A DNA stretch of 48,467 nucleotides from positions 1 to 48,467 of the IMG/VR virus record IMGVR_UViG_3300021363_000002. One strand, 5' to 3'. A program made the position numbers and the translations under genes. Below the pieces are notes generated by a model. The model saw nothing but the letters and a program-made list of their open reading frames with translations, was not told where the DNA came from and ran no database searches. The DNA comes from a virus. Below are positions 36,332 through 44,667 of the stretch, in pieces; position 1 is the stretch's first letter, and each line of letters begins with the position of its first letter.

Positions 36332-36511
36332 ATGAACAACAAGCCTTGTCCTTGTGGAAGTGGTCATCACTCATGGTGGGCTAAGGATGCTCGTGGCATC
36401 GAATTAGCTCGTGTATGTGAGATATGCCAAGATGAGAAGCTTGCAGCATATCGTACTGATGTCCTGACTGATAACAACTATTGGCATGATGAGGAGATTG
36501 ATGATGACTAG
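36332..36511 (+). CDS. small Cys-rich protein, 59 aa, with SEC-C-like CPCGSG motif
   Basis: Hand-translated; GAGGAG RBS. Confidence 0.45.
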   Translation: MNNKPCPCGSGHHSWWAKDARGIELARVCEICQDEKLAAYRTDVLTDNNYWHDEEIDDD

Positions 36512-36698
36512 CTCTTACTTATCTGAACATGCAGAGACACAACGTCTCGTCGCTATGTTGGAGCGTATCTCTAAGGAAGCCGTTCCCTTTGGGCGCGGCT
36601 TCAATACATTCCCACAAGGCAGTGACTTTTGGAAACTGCCTCATTCGTTGCAACTGGATATACTAAACTATCTAATGGAAGGAGGTTCAGGATCATGA
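36501..36698 (+). CDS. hypothetical protein
   Basis: In-frame ATG 36501/36504 after GAGGAG; track ORF starts at 36486. Confidence 0.45.
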   Translation: MMTSSYLSEHAETQRLVAMLERISKEAVPFGRGFNTFPQGSDFWKLPHSLQLDILNYLMEGGSGS

Positions 36699-36913
36699 CC
36701 ATTGATAGTGATATTAAGAGATTGGAAACATCTATTGTCTATTTCCAGAAGAGTGCAGCAAATCGTCATGAGACAATGACAATCCTGCGTGACAGGAATG
36801 CCGATCCTAATCTCATTATAGCATGGCAATTGTTGTCTGAATTTGCTTCACGCAACGCAATGGAAGCATTGTTTGTCTACAATGCTTTCTTCTCTAATAG
36901 GAGGCAACCATGA
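36695..36913 (+). CDS. hypothetical protein, 72 aa
   Basis: ATGA overlap with the upstream stop. Confidence 0.45.
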   Translation: MTIDSDIKRLETSIVYFQKSAANRHETMTILRDRNADPNLIIAWQLLSEFASRNAMEALFVYNAFFSNRRQP

Positions 36914-37083
36914 TTAAGGCGTTCATAATCTTACATCAACTCTATACACTTCCACCGTGCGATGCTGACACTCATGTCAATTGCTACATATCTCTGCAAC
37001 TTCCTGAAGATACTGTAATGGAAGCTGTAACACTGGATAATGGGAAGCATTATGTTGGTCAGACAAAGGAGTTCGCATCATGA
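36910..37083 (+). CDS. hypothetical protein, 57 aa
   Basis: Hand-translated; AGGAGG RBS; ATGA overlap. Confidence 0.45.
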   Translation: MIKAFIILHQLYTLPPCDADTHVNCYISLQLPEDTVMEAVTLDNGKHYVGQTKEFAS

Positions 37084-37178
37084 AGCCCGGTATGAACCCC
37101 AAAACACTTATCCTTGCCACCATTCTGGCAATCCCCTTTTGGGCATGGCTTCTGTATACGGCGATTTATTACCTATGA
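37080..37178 (+). CDS. small membrane protein, 32 aa (MKPGMNPKTLILATILAIPFWAWLLYTAIYYL)
   Basis: Hand-translated; ATGA overlaps on both sides. Confidence 0.4.
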   Translation: MKPGMNPKTLILATILAIPFWAWLLYTAIYYL

Positions 37179-37402
37179 GTTACCATGCTGGCCCTGAATT
37201 TACTGCTCCTGATGAGTATCGTTGTGAAGCACTAGTCAAGGGCCGGCCTTCTAATTACTACCGATGGACACAAGTTGACCATCGTTGTCCTAAAACAGCT
37301 AATCAGATGCGTGGATCAATGGCAGTGTGTCATGTTCATGCACAAACGAAGGGGATTATTAGATATGGCCAGCTTCATGTATGTACATATCCCTGCTCAT
37401 AA
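37175..37402 (+). CDS. Cys/His-rich hypothetical protein, 75 aa
   Basis: In-frame ATG with ATGA overlap. Confidence 0.45.
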   Translation: MSYHAGPEFTAPDEYRCEALVKGRPSNYYRWTQVDHRCPKTANQMRGSMAVCHVHAQTKGIIRYGQLHVCTYPCS

Positions 37403-37463
37403 CACCTTACATAAGCATTTTGCCTTTGTTAGCGAGGAAATTGTCTTGACAAAGGAGGGTGTT

Positions 37464-37646
37464 ATGCCTTATGATGAGAGAGTAATACCAGTTGAGTTTC
37501 AAAAGACTCTCAACGCAGGGGTTTATGGGTTCCGTGACAAGGAGACACGGGACACATTCATCAGTATGATTAACAAATCTAGTGATATTGAACGAGCATT
37601 CATTGCTAAGTTTGGTAGCCCTCCTGACTACAGCACTTGTAGTTAG
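37464..37646 (+). CDS. hypothetical protein, 60 aa
   Basis: ATG 37464 is preceded by AAGGAGGG. Its C-terminal codons carry the only out-of-frame motif copy. Confidence 0.45.
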   Translation: MPYDERVIPVEFQKTLNAGVYGFRDKETRDTFISMINKSSDIERAFIAKFGSPPDYSTCS

Positions 37647-37692
37647 GTGGGGTATCAAAGGAAAGCGATACCTAACCCCACAGGAGTATATT

Positions 37693-38799
37693 ATGCCAAA
37701 TAAGAACAAGCCAGTATCTAGGAATGCACCATCCGCCGCTGATCAAGCTATCCCTGCTCTAGCTGCTGCTAAGGCCGCGGCTGAAAAGGAAGCTGCTGAT
37801 CAAGCTGCTAAGGCTGCGGCTGCTGCTAAGGCTGCGGCTGCTGAAAAGCCTAAGCCTAAGCCTATCGTTCCTGTCACGCCTGAGAAGCTTGGTACACTCT
37901 CGCTTACGCCTTACAAGCCTAATGAAGTTGCTCAATTTGGCAACACGTTCCTCATTTCTCTTGTAATGCAAGCTGGCGCCGAAGAGGATGCACAGAGGGC
38001 ACTCAATGCGGCTGGTGAAGCTAAGACGTTTCTTCAGTTCGAAATGACCCGTGCTGTATTCGACCTTTCTATCAAGTATGAAGATGGCAAGGATGCAGTC
38101 GATATCTATGCCATCTTTGGTGAAGGCAAGGATGTCGAGAAGCTTAACCGTAATGTGCTCATCCGTATGGGTGTGCTCAAGCGTGAGATTGGTGAGGATG
38201 ATACCGTCAAGTATGTTTGGACGGACAAGAAGGTCGAAGAAACCTATGCCTATACCAAGCAACTGAAAGAGGACAACGAGGCTGAGTATACTCGTAGGTT
38301 CAACAATCGTAAGCGGCTTAATCAAAGATTAAGTGATGCATTCAAGGCCGCTTGTGTTCTACGTGATCAAGGGCTGACAACCAATGATCTCTTCTACTCT
38401 GAAGACGAGAAAGGTATTCTCGTTCCTACCATCAAGAATGCTCCTAAGGCTATTGGTGGTGAACTCGGTGTTCTGCAAATGAACAGTCGTACTCCTGTCA
38501 AGGGAGCAACGATGTCGCCAACTATGTCGTCTTTGGTCAAGCTGGCCACAGATCATCATAAGGCACCGAAGGGTGACCGCACTGACAAGGGTGAGAAGCG
38601 TCAGGGTGAAGCTAAGATGGGTATCAGTGATGAAGACTTTGGCCGCATGGTCAATACTCTTCGTCAAGCCATCACGGCACAAGAGGGCTCATTTACCGAA
38701 GACATGATTAAGCATGTCAAGGCATTGTACGAGTTCCTCGAACCCGTCACCAAGGCTACTCCTAAGAAGGAAGAGGAGAAGAAGGAAGCAGCCGAATAA
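37693..38799 (+). CDS. hypothetical abundant early protein with Ala/Lys/Pro-rich histone-tail-like N-terminus
   Basis: ATG 37693 after CAGGAG. N-terminus AAKAAAEKEAADQAAKAAAAAKAAAAEKPKPKP. Followed by a strong terminator. Confidence 0.55.
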   Translation: MPNKNKPVSRNAPSAADQAIPALAAAKAAAEKEAADQAAKAAAAAKAAAAEKPKPKPIVPVTPEKLGTLSLTPYKPNEVAQFGNTFLISLVMQAGAEEDAQRALNAAGEAKTFLQFEMTRAVFDLSIKYEDGKDAVDIYAIFGEGKDVEKLNRNVLIRMGVLKREIGEDDTVKYVWTDKKVEETYAYTKQLKEDNEAEYTRRFNNRKRLNQRLSDAFKAACVLRDQGLTTNDLFYSEDEKGILVPTIKNAPKAIGGELGVLQMNSRTPVKGATMSPTMSSLVKLATDHHKAPKGDRTDKGEKRQGEAKMGISDEDFGRMVNTLRQAITAQEGSFTEDMIKHVKALYEFLEPVTKATPKKEEEKKEAAE

Positions 38800-38805
38800 T
38801 AAACA

Positions 38806-38840
38806 AAGGGCCATGCTGTGAAAAGCGTGGCCCTTATTTT
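38806..38840 (+). terminator. intrinsic terminator
   Basis: AAGGGCCA..TGGCCCTT stem followed by ATTTTG. Confidence 0.65.
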
Positions 38841-38842
38841 GA

Positions 38843-38857
38843 CTACAACACTTGTAG
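38843..38857. repeat. motif copy between a terminator and the next RBS
   Basis: ACTACAACACTTGTAGC. Confidence 0.9.
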
Positions 38858-38875
38858 CTCATGGAGGTTAAGCGA

Positions 38876-39058
38876 ATGCCCGGATCATTCCTTTCAAGAC
38901 ATAGAACAGTCTGTGAAGTCTTACATCTAATTCGTAACCGACATAAGGATGATGCTAGAACTATCGCTCTCTGTGATGAGGCAATCCGATACTGTCGGCG
39001 TATGAGTATCCGATTAACCGAATACAAACTGGAGAAGAAAGATGAAACCATTCGTTAA
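38876..39058 (+). CDS. hypothetical basic protein, 60 aa
   Basis: ATG 38876 lies 8 nt after GGAGG. Confidence 0.45.
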   Translation: MPGSFLSRHRTVCEVLHLIRNRHKDDARTIALCDEAIRYCRRMSIRLTEYKLEKKDETIR

Positions 39059-39212
39059 ACTGACAGGCGAAGACGCCGAGGCTTTCTTGCGACAAGTTGA
39101 AGTTGGGCCGACGGAAGAGCAGCAGCGTATTATTGCCGAAGCAATAAAGCGTGGCTGGGAACTGATCGTAGAAATAGCCAGTAATGGCTCAGTTCAGGTT
39201 AAAGAGAAATGA
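39042..39212 (+). CDS. hypothetical protein, 56 aa (MKPFVKLTGEDAEAFLRQVEVGPTEEQQRII...)
   Basis: Hand-translated; GGAGAAG RBS. Confidence 0.4.
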   Translation: MKPFVKLTGEDAEAFLRQVEVGPTEEQQRIIAEAIKRGWELIVEIASNGSVQVKEK

Positions 39213-39406
39213 AACCATTCAACGTTGATATCTTCGTAGCACTGAAGAAGAAACACGGACGACTTGCCTATTATAACACAGAAGAGGAAGGAGAGTGGCA
39301 GGTTTGGAAGCATGAATACGGATGGCCTAAAGAATTCTTTGCCCTCATGTTTGTTGATGGCAAATCATGGAATAGAAAAGATGCAGAACAGGAGGAAGTA
39401 TTCTAG
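39209..39406 (+). CDS. hypothetical protein
   Basis: Track ORF; ATGA overlap. Confidence 0.5.
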   Translation: MKPFNVDIFVALKKKHGRLAYYNTEEEGEWQVWKHEYGWPKEFFALMFVDGKSWNRKDAEQEEVF

Positions 39407-39738
39407 TGAACATGATCGTCATTGAAGTCCTGAATAAGGATTATCCTGCATCCGCTGTCATTGAAGCAATGGGTTACATACCAGAGTTCCTTGATGGACG
39501 TGACCCACGCCCTGCTAAGGTACAGCTTCACACTAACTACAGTCATGGAGGAGGGTGGTTCCCCTTTGATGGCTTCACTATGAATTTAAGTAATCATTCT
39601 CTTAAGTATTCGGGTGATCCTCCTTATCATCCTCTTGCCGTTATACATATGCGTGATGAGGATATCTACGTTTACAATCATGCATGGGTAGCAATCGTAC
39701 AGAAGGATGGAAAGTATGAAGTCGCACGGATGGACTGA
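39406..39738 (+). CDS. hypothetical protein
   Basis: Track ORF; GTG start after AGGAGG. Confidence 0.5.
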   Translation: MNMIVIEVLNKDYPASAVIEAMGYIPEFLDGRDPRPAKVQLHTNYSHGGGWFPFDGFTMNLSNHSLKYSGDPPYHPLAVIHMRDEDIYVYNHAWVAIVQKDGKYEVARMD

Positions 39739-39850
39739 AGTTATTGTATTCATCTTCTCTTTCTTGTTTGTCGCGTTCGTTGCATCTTGTGTCCATAACG
39801 ACGATGACAAGTATTGGAAGGAAATCACCAACCAAATGAAGGATAAGTGA
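39716..39850 (+). CDS. small lipoprotein-like membrane peptide, 44 aa
   Basis: Hand-translated: MKSHGWTEVIVFIFSFLFVAFVASC..., lipobox-like VASC. Confidence 0.35.
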   Translation: MKSHGWTEVIVFIFSFLFVAFVASCVHNDDDKYWKEITNQMKDK

Positions 39851-39914
39851 TATGCTCATGGAAAGGGAAGCCATATTAAACAGAGTACTCCCTTCCGAGA
39901 GGTAATATTAGCTA

Positions 39915-39943
39915 TTGACAATGTTCCAAAACGGCGTTATAAT
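39915..39943 (+). promoter_or_regulatory. perfect-consensus sigma70 promoter TTGACA-N17-TATAAT
   Basis: Read directly. Confidence 0.7.
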
Positions 39944-40004
39944 AAGATTATATCACACGGGAGGTAGGTAATGAAGTAAAAGACTATTTTGTTTCTTATG
40001 CCAA

Positions 40005-40019
40005 CTACAGGACTTGTAG
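40005..40019. repeat. motif copy in the leader downstream of the consensus promoter
   Basis: ACTACAGGACTTGTAGC, then GAGGAG and ATG 40038. Confidence 0.9.
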
Positions 40020-40037
40020 CTACAGAGGAGTAATAAC

Positions 40038-40433
40038 ATGCAAACTCTCATAGAACAGTTCGAAGCATTCGCCAAGCAGCATGATCCATATGAGCCCTAC
40101 AACTATAAGGATGGCTATGTTTGTGCTAATTCCCGATTTGCCGCATCACTCGGCATAGCCTACTCTGGTATTAGCACGCCCGGTCTTGCTGATACTGAAA
40201 CCATTGCGGCTGAACGGCCTTGGACATGGGGTGGTGTCGTCAGGCGTTGTCAGAAGGCAAGGAAAGACCCTAGGTACATTGAACATCTTAGGTATGGTCG
40301 TCCCTCATACAGTTCATGCAGTTGTCAAGATTGTATGTATGTACATGGTCTTCATTCTCAACGTTATGCAGAACCCCCTATAACCTATCAACGGATACCA
40401 ATGGATTATGTTGATATGGATTATGTTGAATAA
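40038..40433 (+). CDS. hypothetical protein in its own promoter-to-terminator unit
   Basis: Track ORF; GAGGAG RBS. Confidence 0.55.
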   Translation: MQTLIEQFEAFAKQHDPYEPYNYKDGYVCANSRFAASLGIAYSGISTPGLADTETIAAERPWTWGGVVRRCQKARKDPRYIEHLRYGRPSYSSCSCQDCMYVHGLHSQRYAEPPITYQRIPMDYVDMDYVE

Positions 40434-40442
40434 CTGACTTCG

Positions 40443-40480
40443 ATAGCCAGTCGTATTTGTTGCGGCTGGCTATTCTTTTG
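40443..40480 (+). terminator. intrinsic terminator
   Basis: 11-bp stem ATAGCCAGTCG/CGGCTGGCTAT followed by TCTTTTG. Confidence 0.7.
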
Positions 40481-40481
40481 A

Positions 40482-40557
40482 TGGAAAGTAGCTCAGTTGG
40501 TAGAGCAGCGGTCTCCAAAACCGCAGGTCGTAGGTTCAAGCCCTGCCTTTCCAGCCA
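40482..40557 (+). tRNA. tRNA-Trp: tRNA-Trp (anticodon CCA), CCA end encoded
   Basis: Cloverleaf folded by hand. Acceptor TGGAAAG/CTTTCCA. D arm GCTC-AGTTGGTA-GAGC. Anticodon arm GCGGT-CTCCAAA-ACCGC. Variable loop AGGTC. T arm GTAGG-TTCAAGC-CCTGC. Discriminator G, then CCA. Confidence 0.85.
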
Positions 40558-40571
40558 CAAGGATATAAACA

Positions 40572-40790
40572 ATGACCGCTATAATGCGAGGTAAGTTTAC
40601 TTCTCGAATTGCGAGTAGGAGACAAGGTAAGTCTCCTAAGGAGTACATATATACCGTTGTACTCAACAATGGGCCAATACCGATGACAACTGTCACAGAA
40701 AGGACCACGCTCACACGAAACATCAATGATGAGTATGTCGTAGCTCTCTACGATGATCCACGCTTCAACGTCTTTGAGAAAAGACTATGA
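40572..40790 (+). CDS. hypothetical protein
   Basis: Track ORF. Confidence 0.5.
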   Translation: MTAIMRGKFTSRIASRRQGKSPKEYIYTVVLNNGPIPMTTVTERTTLTRNINDEYVVALYDDPRFNVFEKRL

Positions 40791-41284
40791 TGGGATTGTA
40801 CGATCCGTATTATCCTTATCATCCCTATGGAAGGAAGAAAATTCTAGTCCTTCAACACAAAGTAACCGGCGACTTCATGTCGTTCAGTTTAGGAGATGTA
40901 GCCATGCCCAAGCCCAATAAACAACAAATCCGTGATGCAGTTGAAGAGCAACGTGATACCAACCCTCATCTTGGTTTGGAATTTCATATCCATACCGTCA
41001 TGGATATGTATGATATCTCTGGCCTCGATGTCGCGATGGCATTCATTGATGAAGCTGAAGAGAAGGAGCCAGCCGAAGTTAAAACTGGTGACTCTACTTC
41101 AACTACAGCAGCTGTAGCTGATGATGAAGCCGAGAAGCGTCGCAAGGACGTTGAAGAGAACAATGATGGCGTGGTCGAACAAAAGAAGATTGACCACGAT
41201 ATCGATGAGAAGTTTGCAGCTACTAAAGCTGCGATGACTAAATCTACCGTCTCATCTAAGGTTGCTACGAACAAGAAGAGATGA
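40787..41284 (+). CDS. hypothetical acidic protein
   Basis: Track ORF; ATGA overlap. Confidence 0.5.
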   Translation: MMGLYDPYYPYHPYGRKKILVLQHKVTGDFMSFSLGDVAMPKPNKQQIRDAVEEQRDTNPHLGLEFHIHTVMDMYDISGLDVAMAFIDEAEEKEPAEVKTGDSTSTTAAVADDEAEKRRKDVEENNDGVVEQKKIDHDIDEKFAATKAAMTKSTVSSKVATNKKR

Positions 41285-41481
41285 GTAAGCGTATTGGCAT
41301 ATTCTCCGTTCATCAAAGGCAGCAGCCGTTTGCTGTCTTTGGTGATCATATATGGAGGATTTGGATATCATATAACAACGATGTTACATCTGGTACTTAT
41401 CTAGAACTATATCCTGATGGACAGGTGGACAGAGTAACTGTTAACAACAACGATATAATGGAGGTAGTACGGATATGTTAA
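41281..41481 (+). CDS. hypothetical protein
   Basis: Track ORF; ATGA overlap. Confidence 0.5.
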   Translation: MSKRIGIFSVHQRQQPFAVFGDHIWRIWISYNNDVTSGTYLELYPDGQVDRVTVNNNDIMEVVRIC

Positions 41482-41582
41482 AGATAGCTAAGTTTAAATA
41501 TCGTGGTAAGATTTATACAAGTCTTACTGAACTCGCTGCAGCAATGCTTGCTCATACATTGGAGAAGTCCAATGTTAAATGA
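41475..41582 (+). CDS. hypothetical micro-protein, 35 aa (MLKIAKFKYRGKIYTSLTELAAAMLAHTLEKSNVK), HTH-like
   Basis: Hand-translated; GGAGG 10 nt upstream. Confidence 0.35.
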   Translation: MLKIAKFKYRGKIYTSLTELAAAMLAHTLEKSNVK

Positions 41583-41955
41583 TCTCATCGCCTTACGTAA
41601 CAAGAAGACGCCTAAGAATATCTCGAACACTGACGCCCTGATGTTCGACTACAAGTTCTGGACAGAAGCCGAAAGTGTCATCAAGAAGACACGAGAAGCA
41701 TCTAAGTCTACAATGCTCTCTGCTTCTGATAAGCCTGACAAGCCCGGCATTGTCCTCGCCTCACAGAAATACAAATGCGTCCTCGAACAGTCCTCTCCTA
41801 TTCGTGCGTTCGATTTGGAAGTCTTCATCATGAGTGTCCTTGATTACTACCCACTTTGCTCCAAGCCGAAGCTGCGTGAACTGGCTACAGCTGCTGTAGT
41901 TCCCACCAAGCCACGTAACACATACAAGGTAATGGAGATTACAGATGTCGAGTAG
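41572..41955 (+). CDS. hypothetical protein, 127 aa
   Basis: ATG 41572 after GGAGAAG; in frame with the track ORF starting at 41503. Confidence 0.5.
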   Translation: MLNDLIALRNKKTPKNISNTDALMFDYKFWTEAESVIKKTREASKSTMLSASDKPDKPGIVLASQKYKCVLEQSSPIRAFDLEVFIMSVLDYYPLCSKPKLRELATAAVVPTKPRNTYKVMEITDVE

Positions 41956-42259
41956 TATATCCGTCAGTGAACCATCGAATGCTGTTGCTGCTGATATGCA
42001 GCTTGATGAGGCAAAACGTATCCTCGCCGAGCATGGCTACAGTATCTCACCTAAGCCTATCGAGTGGCATGAGTTCAATATCCTTGTCACCATCAAAGTC
42101 CAAAGTCGTGTATATACACAGACTGACTTCCGTCGCTTCGTAGAGGATATCCTCGTTGCTGATGCTCCTCGATTGGCTATTCATAGTGGCAAGGAGATAC
42201 TTGCTACTCATGCTCCTGTGATTAAGGAGTACAACAAACCAATACCGGAAAAGCCATGA
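41945..42259 (+). CDS. hypothetical protein
   Basis: Track ORF. Confidence 0.5.
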   Translation: MSSSISVSEPSNAVAADMQLDEAKRILAEHGYSISPKPIEWHEFNILVTIKVQSRVYTQTDFRRFVEDILVADAPRLAIHSGKEILATHAPVIKEYNKPIPEKP

Positions 42260-42579
42260 CTGATGACCCCTATGAAGACCCTGATGAAGCATCTCCCATT
42301 TATACTCATCCTGATATTCGTAGCTCTAAGCATGAGTGGCTATTAGCCCGCCTCCAGAACATTCGTGATCGGCGGCTCGTATCCGCGGTTCTATATGAAA
42401 GAGAACGAGTTAGTAAGGTGCATAAGCTTGGCTCAAAGCTACAACTGCAATGGGAGAAGCTGAATGAGAGTAACCGCCTGAAACTTCACAAGATAGACGA
42501 GGCCATTGACGCACTTGATCGTGCAGTGGATAAACAAGTCATGATCAGCCATCAACTCGCTCTCGTTGAGGAGGAATGA
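42256..42579 (+). CDS. hypothetical coiled-coil protein
   Basis: Track ORF; ATGA overlap. Confidence 0.5.
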   Translation: MTDDPYEDPDEASPIYTHPDIRSSKHEWLLARLQNIRDRRLVSAVLYERERVSKVHKLGSKLQLQWEKLNESNRLKLHKIDEAIDALDRAVDKQVMISHQLALVEEE

Positions 42580-42722
42580 TGGATAAGTTCACTTGGTTTG
42601 TCATGGCGTTGACTATCTGTATCAACGCTTACAATACACGCTGCAACTGGTTGCTCTATGATCAACTTCGTCGTGAAGATGATCAACGTGCCAAGATGCG
42701 TAAGGAGCATCCTGATGTCTGA
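42576..42722 (+). CDS. small membrane protein, 48 aa (MMDKFTWFVMALTICINAYNTRC...)
   Basis: Hand-translated; GAGGAGG RBS; ATGA overlap. Confidence 0.4.
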   Translation: MMDKFTWFVMALTICINAYNTRCNWLLYDQLRREDDQRAKMRKEHPDV

Positions 42723-42936
42723 AGACAGTGATGAGTTCCAACGTATTGTAATCGCTCGCGAGTTAGTGCGTCGCCCTGAAATCAAATTCTTGGCCGGTGT
42801 ACTCTACAATCTGACTACAGGTGTTGTAGACAAAAACGAAATCCCGCCGATCTACATCACCATCGCGTACAAACTAATCACACAGAAACACGCAAGGGAA
42901 TTACTCCTTGCAGCGATAGGAGCAGCCACACCATGA
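42715..42936 (+). CDS. hypothetical protein, 73 aa
   Basis: In-frame ATG 42715 overlapping the upstream stop. Confidence 0.45.
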   Translation: MSEDSDEFQRIVIARELVRRPEIKFLAGVLYNLTTGVVDKNEIPPIYITIAYKLITQKHARELLLAAIGAATP

Positions 42937-43217
42937 GCATCAACGTTGTCACTGTATTCGGTGAGGAAATCGAGAAAATCTGGCGTAACCAAGTCTCTCG
43001 TGAAGCAGTCTTCCAACTTCGTTTAATGGGTGAACAACTCATGACTATGGAGAAGGCTATCAACACTCAACAGAGGATGATTGAAAAGCTTCTTCACTTC
43101 TCTGTCCTTGAAGGGAAGGCGTTACAAGAACTGAAGCAACTTCAGAAACGATTTGATGCTGAGTTCGATAAATCTAATATCGAGACGGAGAAGATCGATG
43201 ACGAAAAACCCAACTGA
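42933..43217 (+). CDS. hypothetical coiled-coil protein
   Basis: Track ORF; ATGA overlap. Confidence 0.5.
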   Translation: MSINVVTVFGEEIEKIWRNQVSREAVFQLRLMGEQLMTMEKAINTQQRMIEKLLHFSVLEGKALQELKQLQKRFDAEFDKSNIETEKIDDEKPN

Positions 43218-43422
43218 ACAAACTGTCCTTATCGACAGTAGTGAAGTAGCAGCCCACATTCCTGACTACGATGATAACATCCGCTGTCCGGATCATCCTA
43301 CAGCGAAAGTTGTCTCATCATTTGGTCTTGCTGGTGGTGGCTACGGTCCATACACATACTGCGACATATGTTGCAGGATACTATCTAAGACAAGTGAACC
43401 TATGGAAGACAGTTCTACATGA
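43198..43422 (+). CDS. zinc-ribbon-like protein, 74 aa
   Basis: ATG 43198 after GGAGAAG; CPDH...CDICC pattern. Confidence 0.45.
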   Translation: MTKNPTEQTVLIDSSEVAAHIPDYDDNIRCPDHPTAKVVSSFGLAGGGYGPYTYCDICCRILSKTSEPMEDSST

Positions 43423-44492
43423 AATTCCGTCTAGCCGATATCAAGTTTGATGACCAAGGTCGTCGCATAGACGAAGACTTCCGTCTTCCATACTATAGTT
43501 TCTCAATCATGGAGGCAATTCTCACCTGTCCTAAGTGGGGATTGATAAGATATCGTGACAGAAAGTACTTCAAATCTAACTATCGAGCGCTCGCACTCGA
43601 AGCTGGCTCGGCGATGCATGAAGTATTTGGAGCCTTACGTCTTTGGCAACTCAAACGAGTTCAAGGCTTGCCAGATCACTTTAACCATCACGGAACTAGA
43701 CTGTACGGTAAGAACCGTTTGGACACTTGCTGGTGGGACAAGAGTGATCCACGAGACGAAGCACTCTCCTTTTGTTTTGAAATTCTAAACTCTGGTGAGT
43801 ACTACGACGATCCAAAGGACCGCATCCGGACGATGGCCCATATGGAAGAAACGACTATTCGGTATGTAGACGAGATGATGAAGGTTATGGATCGTAACTC
43901 TATCTGGATTGCTGACCCCAAAGACCCTACAGCACCTGTAGGTATAGAGTACACATTTGATATGGTGGTAGATAATGCGATCCGATACATCGGAACTATT
44001 GATGGTATCACTATCCATACTCCTCGCGGCGTTACCAGAAACGAGGAGAACAAGACCGCTAGCCGTCTTGATGAGGCATGGCGTGAAAGTTACAGAGTTA
44101 AGTTCCAGCCTACTGGATACACAATCGCGTCTCGTCTACTTACAGGCGAAGAGATCATCGAGAACAAAATCATAGGCATCAAGGTAAAACAGACAAGAAG
44201 TAGTGAAGACTTCCTAATGTTTGTGGAGCACAGAGATGTCGATACGTGGTCAGACTTTTATAACACACTTCTTTATACGCATAAGCTTGCTCTTGAGTAT
44301 GCTGGTAATAACCTCAATGCTCCTATGTTTACTCACTCTTGTAATCGATACTTCCGACCATGTGGGTTCATTGACTTATGCTGCGCATCACAAGACGATC
44401 AGCAAACTATGTATGATGCAATGGAGAGAACTCAATTGTCACCTAGTGAGAGAGCAATACTAGGTACACAGGAGGATGATGATGTTACATAA
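43419..44492 (+). CDS. PD-(D/E)XK exonuclease, Cas4/RecB-like, with Fe-S Cys cluster
   Basis: N-terminal Cys (ILTCPKWG); GTIDGITIH; E-x-K (EENK); QPTGY; C-terminal CNRYFRPCGFIDLCC. Confidence 0.65.
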   Translation: MKFRLADIKFDDQGRRIDEDFRLPYYSFSIMEAILTCPKWGLIRYRDRKYFKSNYRALALEAGSAMHEVFGALRLWQLKRVQGLPDHFNHHGTRLYGKNRLDTCWWDKSDPRDEALSFCFEILNSGEYYDDPKDRIRTMAHMEETTIRYVDEMMKVMDRNSIWIADPKDPTAPVGIEYTFDMVVDNAIRYIGTIDGITIHTPRGVTRNEENKTASRLDEAWRESYRVKFQPTGYTIASRLLTGEEIIENKIIGIKVKQTRSSEDFLMFVEHRDVDTWSDFYNTLLYTHKLALEYAGNNLNAPMFTHSCNRYFRPCGFIDLCCASQDDQQTMYDAMERTQLSPSERAILGTQEDDDVT

Positions 44493-44667
44493 GACACACC
44501 GCTACACACATACAGTTAAGTTTGATCAAGACAAAATAGATCGTCTTGCTCACATTGAGGAAATCTATCAAAACACGAATGGTTGGACAAAGCAGCTATT
44601 CAATCTCTATGAAGAACGCAAGCAGTTGCAAATGCTCTGCAAGCGTATGAGGCCAGAAAAGTCATGA
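44476..44667 (+). CDS. hypothetical protein
   Basis: Track ORF; CAGGAGG RBS. Confidence 0.45.
   Translation: MMMLHKTHRYTHTVKFDQDKIDRLAHIEEIYQNTNGWTKQLFNLYEERKQLQMLCKRMRPEKS

Noticed and set aside
39042-39221. Identical 12-nt gene starts ATGAAACCATTC at 39042 and 39209 as a repeat element
   Set aside because: There are only two copies, and the identity ends after four codons (MKPF). It most likely reflects chance or a small local duplication.
40482-40557. The tRNA as a suppressor, or evidence of stop-codon recoding
   Set aside because: The anticodon is the standard CCA (Trp). All long ORFs are intact under the standard code, with TGA, TAA and TAG all used as stops.
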